NCBI RefSeq assembly: GCF_006345805.1
Contig: NW_021833545.1
Coordinates: 1-27,638 of the forward strand
Length of the DNA stretch: 27,638 nucleotides
Direction: 5' to 3'
From: Octopus sinensis
Taxonomy: Eukaryota
Below, piece after piece: positions 21,765 to 27,638 of this stretch (position 1 is the stretch's first letter; the number at the start of each line of letters is the position of its first letter). A program made the translations under genes and the position numbers. The notes beneath the pieces are model-generated. The model worked only from the letters and a program-made list of their open reading frames with translations. It was not told the origin of the DNA and made no database searches.

Positions 21765-22096
21765 GAAAATTGGCAAGTCTTATAAGTGATGGTAGCTACA
21801 GCAAAGTAAAGAAAGACCTAACTCTGAAAACAGAGAAAAAGTTGTCACAGATGTTGATCAAGAACAAGGATCCCTTTACACCAACGAAGTACAGACAACT
21901 GACTCAACACGACAGTAACCTACCACACATGTATGGTCTTCCCAAGATTCACAAGGATGGTATTCCATTAAGACCTATAGTGAGCTGTAGAGTTTCAGCA
22001 TGTCATCCACTGAGCCACTTCCTTGTTGATATAATCAGCCCATTAAGCAGGAAAGTCAACATCATTCGTGAAGAATTCCACCCACTTCACAGACAG
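21765..22096 (+). mobile_element. Penelope-like element reverse transcriptase fragment (Poseidon/Penelope-like)
   Basis: LISDGSYSKVKKDLT...PHMYGLPKIHKDGIPLRPIVSCRVSACHPLSHFLVDIISPL, frameshift, AGKSTSFVKNSTHFTD. YGLPKIHK..PLRPIVS is a characteristic PLE RT motif. Confidence 0.92.
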
Positions 22097-22447
22097 GTGT
22101 TGTAAAGAGTGACTGGTAGAGTGGAAATGGTGTGAGACCAGGTTATCGTTGCTGAGTCTGATGTCTTGGGAGTGTTCCATGAACTGGTCAGCCAAGCGGT
22201 GTCCCATTTGACCGATGTACAGAGAAGAACAAAGAGAGTAGGAGATGCAGTAGATGACATTGCTAGAAGTGCAGGTGAAAGAGTCAGTAATATGATAGGG
22301 TCGATGATGTGTGCCGGTGAGGATGGTGGTGTCGGAGAGATAAAGGCAAGTGCAGCAGTGTCGGTGGGAGCAGGGGAAATGGGAGATGGGTGACAGTAGT
22401 GTAGTGTGGGGAGAGAGCAGATGCACGGTCCACAGAAAGTGATTTCG
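22088..22447 (-). mobile_element. Penelope-like element GIY-YIG endonuclease fragment (Neptune-like, Cys linker)
   Basis: FPCSHRHCCTC...ITDSFTCTSSNVIYCISYSLCSSLYIGQMGHRLADQFMEHSQDIRLSNDNLVSHHFHSTSHSLQHLSV. Confidence 0.9.
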
Positions 22448-22470
22448 TAAGGGCACACACATACACTTAC

Positions 22471-22523
<53 letters not shown>

Positions 22524-22525
<2 letters not shown>

Positions 22526-22727
22526 CGGGAAGGTTTACGAAAATAAACAAAAGACGAAGGCAGGTGGAGTACAAACAAACAAATGTATTAGTATGGCGCT
22601 CAGGAATAGAAATAGAACAAGTCTTTTACGTTTCGAGCCTACGCTCTTCGACAGAAAGATACACAGAAAAAAAACAAGGAGAGAAAAAAATGCGTGTAGG
22701 AGCTAACGATCTATCATGGCGTTCTGA
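22524..22727 (-). mobile_element. pLTR-like repeat between (TA)n tracts, carrying a hammerhead-like motif (22622-22659)
   Basis: Minus strand UCUUU-CUGUCGA-A-GAGC GUAG GCUC-GAAA-CG-UA-AAAGA followed by a T-rich tail ending at (TA)n. Partial second copy at 21092. Confidence 0.65.
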
Positions 22728-22771
22728 CATATATATATATACTATATAATATATATATTATATTATATATA

Positions 22772-22804
<33 letters not shown>

Positions 22805-22824
22805 ATGATATATATATATATATA

Positions 22825-23040
22825 TCAGGGTGTGCTGAAAAGTTCCTTGTTTTAAGGGTATCACAAAAGGCCTGGTTACAGGCCCAACCTTACGAGTTCT
22901 TTTACAGGGCTTAGAAAACTGAAAGGCTGCTGCAATAAGTGTGTGAATCTGAGACGGGAATATGTTGAATAAAATCATAATTAACTGACCCTCTTGTATT
23001 TACTTTTTAACTCAAAGCCAAGAACTTTCCAGTATCCCCT

Positions 23041-23043
<3 letters not shown>
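22825..23043 (+). mobile_element. Internally deleted mariner (MITE-sized)
   Basis: Degenerate TIRs GGGTGTGCTGAAAAGTTCCTTG / CCAAGAACTTTCCAGTATCCCC. Retains the transposase end GLRKLKGCCNKCVNLRREYVE*. Confidence 0.8.
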
Positions 23044-23076
<33 letters not shown>

Positions 23077-23078
<2 letters not shown>

Positions 23079-23385
23079 TCAATAAATGGTGGGGTTGTGT
23101 TAACCGCACGTGGAGAAATGAAAAGCAAGGAAAAATTGTAAAAAGGCAGAATGCTAAATTGAAAGAAAATTTTAATGAAAATGGGTGTATGGAAAAAGTT
23201 TTTGAAAAATTGATAAAATTTTTTCCTTTACAATTCTTGAAAAGTCACATTATGACGAAAACCGGTCTGAATTAATATATATTTATATATTTTATCAATT
23301 TTTCCAAAAACTTTTTCCATACATCCATTTTCATTAACATTTTCTTTCAATTTAGCATTCTGCCTTTTTACAATTTTTCCTTGCT
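23077..23385. mobile_element. Fold-back element in (TA)n: 96/97-bp inverted arms around a hammerhead-like motif
   Basis: 23124-23219 is the reverse complement of 23289-23385 with 2 substitutions and 1 indel. (TA)n on both sides. Confidence 0.85.
23232..23273 (+). ncRNA. Minimal type I hammerhead-like motif, U3-A8 covariant core, GUC site
   Basis: AAUUC-UUGAAAA-GUCA CAUUA UGAC-GAAA-ACCGGU-C-U-GAAUU. Palindromic ACCGGU stem III; one extra A and one bulged U. Confidence 0.6.
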
Positions 23386-24014
23386 ATATATATATATATA
23401 TATATATATAGTGGTGGTGGTAGTGACAATGAACATGATGATGATGTGAATAAGGATGATGACATTAACTTTCTTAGCCTCCACTCCTCCCCAAACTCCT
23501 ACCCTATATTTCTCACACACAAATCCAGGTTCTCATTATTTATGTCAGTAATTATATTCTTGTTGAAAGCTTATGGTCTGTCAGTGTACACTGATGATAT
23601 AAATGAAAAGTCACTCAAACCTTCACAGATCATTTAGCTTTATTATTCTCGCAGTGAATTTGAGTTCTGCTTGTAACATTTACTATTCACCAAATTTAAT
23701 TTATTCTCCCCTCCTCCTCCTATCTTTTGTAGTTGGACTATCATAATCAAAACTGCTAGAATCCAGCAATTAAAGCCTATTTAATCTAAAATGTTAATGA
23801 TGTTAATGGTATCCTTTTCTTGATGCTGTGGTCTCAATATGTTGTGATGCCCTACCAATTACAAGGTATTTGGGCTAGATTTTTCCTTTTTGTCTGGAAC
23901 TGTTTAAGGATTTGGTGAAGAGTCGATGGCATTGGAAAGGTGTTCATAAAGGTGTTCTTCAGAAAGTGTTAGCTGCATGGAGAAGTGGAAGCTATCTGCA
24001 TATTGGAAAAGAGA

Positions 24015-24311
24015 AATGACTTCAGGAAACATTTTTTCACGCTGAGAGTTGCTGAAGCATGGAACAAACTGCTGGCATCGGTTGTTAGTTGTCGGAGTAC
24101 TGCATCCTTCAAAACTTCCATGCTTCCTGAGATTCGCCAACACTACACTTGATTTTCTCCCCTCCATACACACGCAAGCATGTATCTGACTCATACATTG
24201 TTCGCTTTCCAGACATTTCTACATTACTGCATGTACTTTATATGCACTTTCTGCCAAGTTGTGGTGCACCTGAGCACTGTATACAATAATTTCATTATTA
24301 TTATTATTATA
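24015..24311 (+). mobile_element. CR1-group LINE 3' end with (ATT)n tail
   Basis: NDFRKHFFTLRVAEAWNKLLASVVSCRSTASFKTSMLPEIRQHYT* (stop 24150-24152) fits the RxxFFxxRVxxxWNxL..FK terminus. Short UTR, then (ATT)n. Confidence 0.85.
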
Positions 24312-24377
24312 ATGATTTACGCCAGGTATTATTTTAACATCATGACCGTAAAGGCTGTAAGATGTGAGATGGACCTC

Positions 24378-24556
24378 ATGAAAACCAAGTTCCCCCCAGA
24401 GTGCGATGCTCTTTTGGTGTGACTCCAGTGTGACTGATATCATGTTGCCCCACTTCTTTGAACAGAGCCTTAGGCTCACTTCAGATGGCTATGTGAAACT
24501 GCTGGAGACTATGGTGAAACTCTGATTGAAGAGGATTACTGCTAGACAGCCATATA
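24378..24556 (+). mobile_element. Tc1/mariner-superfamily transposase fragment (probably maT/DD37D type)
   Basis: MKTKFP...DIMLPHFFEQSLRLTSDGYVKLLETMVKL*LKRITARQPY resembles the segment before QQDSAP in maT-like transposases. Confidence 0.6.
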
Positions 24557-24995
24557 TACTCTTTACTCTCTCTTTTACTTGTTTCAGTCATTTTGACTGC
24601 AGTCATGCTGGAGCACCGCCTTTAGTCGAGCAAATCGACCCTGGGACTTATTCTTTGTAAGCCCAGTACTTATTCTATCGGTCCCTGTTGCCGAACCGCT
24701 AAATGACGTAAACACACCAGCATCAGTTGTCAAGCAGACAACAAACATATACACACACATACATATATATATATACATATATACGACAGGCTTCTTTCAG
24801 TTTCCGTCTTCCAAATCCACTCACAAGGCTTTGGTCGGCCCGAGGCTATAGCAGAAGACACTTGCCCAAGATGCTGTGCAGTGGGACTGAACCCAGAACC
24901 ATGTGGTTGGTTAGCAAGCTACTTTATTTCATAACATTTGCCATAAAGGCAGTACATAGAATAAGTTAGCTTACCACACAGCCACTCCTGCACCT
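24557..24995 (-). mobile_element. SINE family B, full length, with a 48-bp insertion in its head
   Basis: Family B tail to head; extra sequence at 24925-24972. Confidence 0.9.
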
Positions 24996-25027
24996 ATATA
25001 AATATATATATATATATACGTATTATA

Positions 25028-25079
<52 letters not shown>

Positions 25080-25140
25080 TATATATTATATATACATACA
25101 TACAGCATACATATATATATATATTTATGCATATATATAT

Positions 25141-26270
25141 CATCATCATCGTTTAGCGTCGTTTTCCATGCTAGCATGGGTTGGACGGTTCTACTGGGGT
25201 CTGTGAAGCCAGAAGGCTTCATCAGGCCCAGTCAAATCTGGCAGTGTTTCTACGGCTGGATGCCCTTCCTAACGCCAACCACTCCGTGAGTGTAGTGGGT
25301 GCTTTTTACGTGCCACCCGCACTGGTGCCAGACAGAGCTGGCAAACGGCCACGAACGGATGGTGCTTTTTATGTGCCACCGGCACGAGGGCCAGGCGAGG
25401 CTGGCAATGGACACGAAACGGGGCGGTGCTGGCAACGGTCGCAAAACGGAAAGTTCTCTTACATGCCACCGGCACTGGTAAAACATCTGCAATTTCCATT
25501 GATCGATTTCCATTGATCGATTTCGATTCTGATCGTCACTTGCCTCAACGGGTCTTCACAAGCAGAGTTTTGACATGCCACCGGCACTGGTAGCACATCC
25601 GCAATTTCCATTGATCGATTTCGATTCTGATCCTCACTTGCCTCATCACGTCTTCACAAGTAGAGTTTTGTGTCCAAGAAGGGAAGGTATGCATACGTAG
25701 GCTGGCTCCATCCCATGTAGAAGGCCACGGGTTATGGACTCACTTGTCCTGCCGGGTCTCTCGCGCACAGCACACTTCCAGAGGTCTCGGTCTCTAGTCA
25801 TTTCCTCAGTGAGACCTAAAGTTCGAAGGTCGTGCTTCACCACCTCGTCCCAGGTTTTCCTGGGTCTGCCTCTTCCACAGGTTCCCTCAACCGATAGGGT
25901 GTGGCACTTTTTCACACAACTATCTTCATCCATTCTCGCCACATGACCATACCAGCGCAAACGTCTCTCTTGCACACCACAACTGATGCTTCTTAGGTCC
26001 AGCTTTTCTCTCAAGTACTTACACTCTGCCGAGTGTGAGTACCGGCATTACACATCCATCGGAGCATACTGGCTTCATTTCTAGCGAGCTTACGCATATC
26101 CTCAGCAGTCACGGCCCATGTTTCACTGCCATGTAGCATGGCTGTTCGTACACACGCATCATACAGTCTGCCTTTCACTCTGTGCAAGAGGCCTTTTGTC
26201 ACCAGCAGAGGTAAGAGCTCTCTGAACTTTGCCCAAGCTATTCTTACTCTAGCAGTTACACTTTCAGCAC
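25141..26270 (-). mobile_element. 5'-truncated RTE-clade LINE: ORF C-terminus (two frameshifts), 3' UTR, (GAT)n tail
   Basis: AESVTARVRIAWAKFRELLPLLVTKG..KGRLYDACVRTAMLHGSETW..LARNEASMLRWMC..VQERRLRWYGHVARMDED..GRGRPRKTWDEVVKHDLRTLGL..DRDLWK. Confidence 0.95.
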
Positions 26271-26514
26271 ACCATAACTCAAATTATTACGACTTGGACA
26301 GCCATGAAATGATCGTAGTGTTTTACTCATTATCTTTTATTAAACTTTTAATACTTTTGATATATATTTAAAATAATATAAATTAATTAATTTTATGTAT
26401 TGGCTTATGTTTTTCATTGTTTGATTTGCCTAATAGTGGTTTTATCTCTAATTTAATATAATGTATATATATATATATATACATATATTTACAGTTATAT
26501 ATACATATACATAC

Positions 26515-26560
<46 letters not shown>

Positions 26561-26600
26561 AATATTATATATATATAAATTTAAATATATATGCATATAT

Positions 26601-27013
26601 GGGTACAGGAGGTCACCAACTGTAAACAACATGAAGTATGAAAACAAGCGAGATAAATACGTGAATAATGAAAGAAAATATTGAAAACAGGACAAGTAAC
26701 GCAAAGAACAGCCCTTCATCAGTTGTTAGCTGTCTATCTACCCCTTATTTCAAGTATTCAGTGACAATATGAGCCTTTGAAGACAGTTGTTCCCACAACT
26801 TCCACGATGAATTCTGGATTTTAGGGAGGGTCAAAATGGAGACAAAAACAGGACAGTGGAGACATACAAGGAAACTAAACGTTAGACCAGAACTGATGAA
26901 GGGTCATTCTTTGTGTTACTTGCCCTGTTTTCATTTTTTCTTGCATTTTTTGCGTATTTAGTTCACCTGTTTTCCTACTTCATGTTGTTTTCAGTTAGTG
27001 ATGTCCTGTACCC
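26601..27013. mobile_element. Fold-back element in (TA)n: ~124-bp diverged inverted arms, 166-bp spacer
   Basis: 26601-26724 (GGGTACAGGA...CCCTTCATCAGTT) versus 26891-27013 (AACTGATGAAGGG...TCCTGTACCC). Both outer ends abut (TA)n. Confidence 0.85.
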
Positions 27014-27026
27014 ATATATACATACG

Positions 27027-27066
<40 letters not shown>

Positions 27067-27147
27067 TTAAACATAGTAAATAGGGTAATAAAAATAAATT
27101 ATTATTACCAGTGACCTAGCACAAAAGACGAATTAGTCATTAGACTA

Positions 27148-27363
27148 ATACATTAAAAGGCTTCCAAATAAAGAAGCGAGTGCTAGATACATAAAAAGGG
27201 GATAAATTCATGAAATGGAATGAAAATCCAAAACGTTTACCATCTCAGGATTAGTACAGGATTAGCTGAGATGGTAAACGTTTTTGATTTTCATTCCATT
27301 TCATGAATTTATCCCCTTTTTGTGTATCTAGCACTCGCTTCTTTATTTGGAAGCCTTTTAATG

Positions 27364-27366
<3 letters not shown>
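27148..27366. repeat. Near-perfect 101-bp hairpin with 17-nt loop, between (TA)n tracts
   Basis: 27148-27248 versus 27266-27366, 2 mismatches by hand alignment. Confidence 0.92.
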
Positions 27367-27406
<40 letters not shown>

Positions 27407-27476
27407 TACACATATATTATTTATATTATTAGTTAATCGAATGCCACGCATCCATTTCCAACTATATTTATATATA

Positions 27477-27638
27477 CAGGGGTTGAACAAAATAATGGAA
27501 ACACCTAGCATCATAGCATCATAATTCTGAGATATCTATAAAAGCATCAAAAGCTTGCTTATTTTCATATTTTTTTATTTATTATTAGTGTTGCTTAGTA
27601 TGCAAAAATTGTTCACCAAGAGCTGTACAAAGCTGGAT
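27477..27638 (+). mobile_element. Tc1-like element left end, internally deleted, runs off the window
   Basis: TA-CAGGGGTTGAACAAAATAATGGAAACACC terminus; the window ends in VHQELYKAG, similar to Tc1 VRRELHxAG. Confidence 0.55.

Noticed and set aside
21765-22447. One intact Penelope element (RT plus EN)
   Set aside because: The domains are on opposite strands, truncated and frameshifted, and the RT catalytic region is missing.
26871-26935. Hammerhead at CTGATGA (26893) and its mirror at 26716-26722
   Set aside because: No GAAA follows the putative stem II. A type II permutation using an upstream GAAA gives no convincing stems I and III.

Overview
AT-rich, repeat-saturated eukaryotic non-coding DNA (intronic or intergenic) with no supportable intact protein-coding gene. 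The SINE families and microsatellite load resemble what I recall of Octopus (coleoid cephalopod) genomes; this is inference, not a database result. Almost all ORFs in the track are microsatellite artefacts. The window holds four tRNA-headed SINE families, LINE remnants (RTE, CR1-like, probable R4/Dong 3' ends in a 6-copy tandem array), three Penelope-like element (PLE) coding remnants (one RT, two different GIY-YIG types), several Tc1/mariner relics and MITEs, and a TTAA piggyBac-type MITE nested in a mariner. The most notable signal is a set of short, mutually unrelated elements abutting (TA)n tracts. These carry hammerhead-ribozyme motifs (near-canonical type I at 13113-13176 minus; a U3-A8 covariant at 23232-23273; a variant-core motif at 22622-22659) and/or ~100-bp fold-back inverted repeats. 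A second signal is a SINE that forms head-less tandem units always joined at the same palindromic GAAATAC/GTATTTC site.
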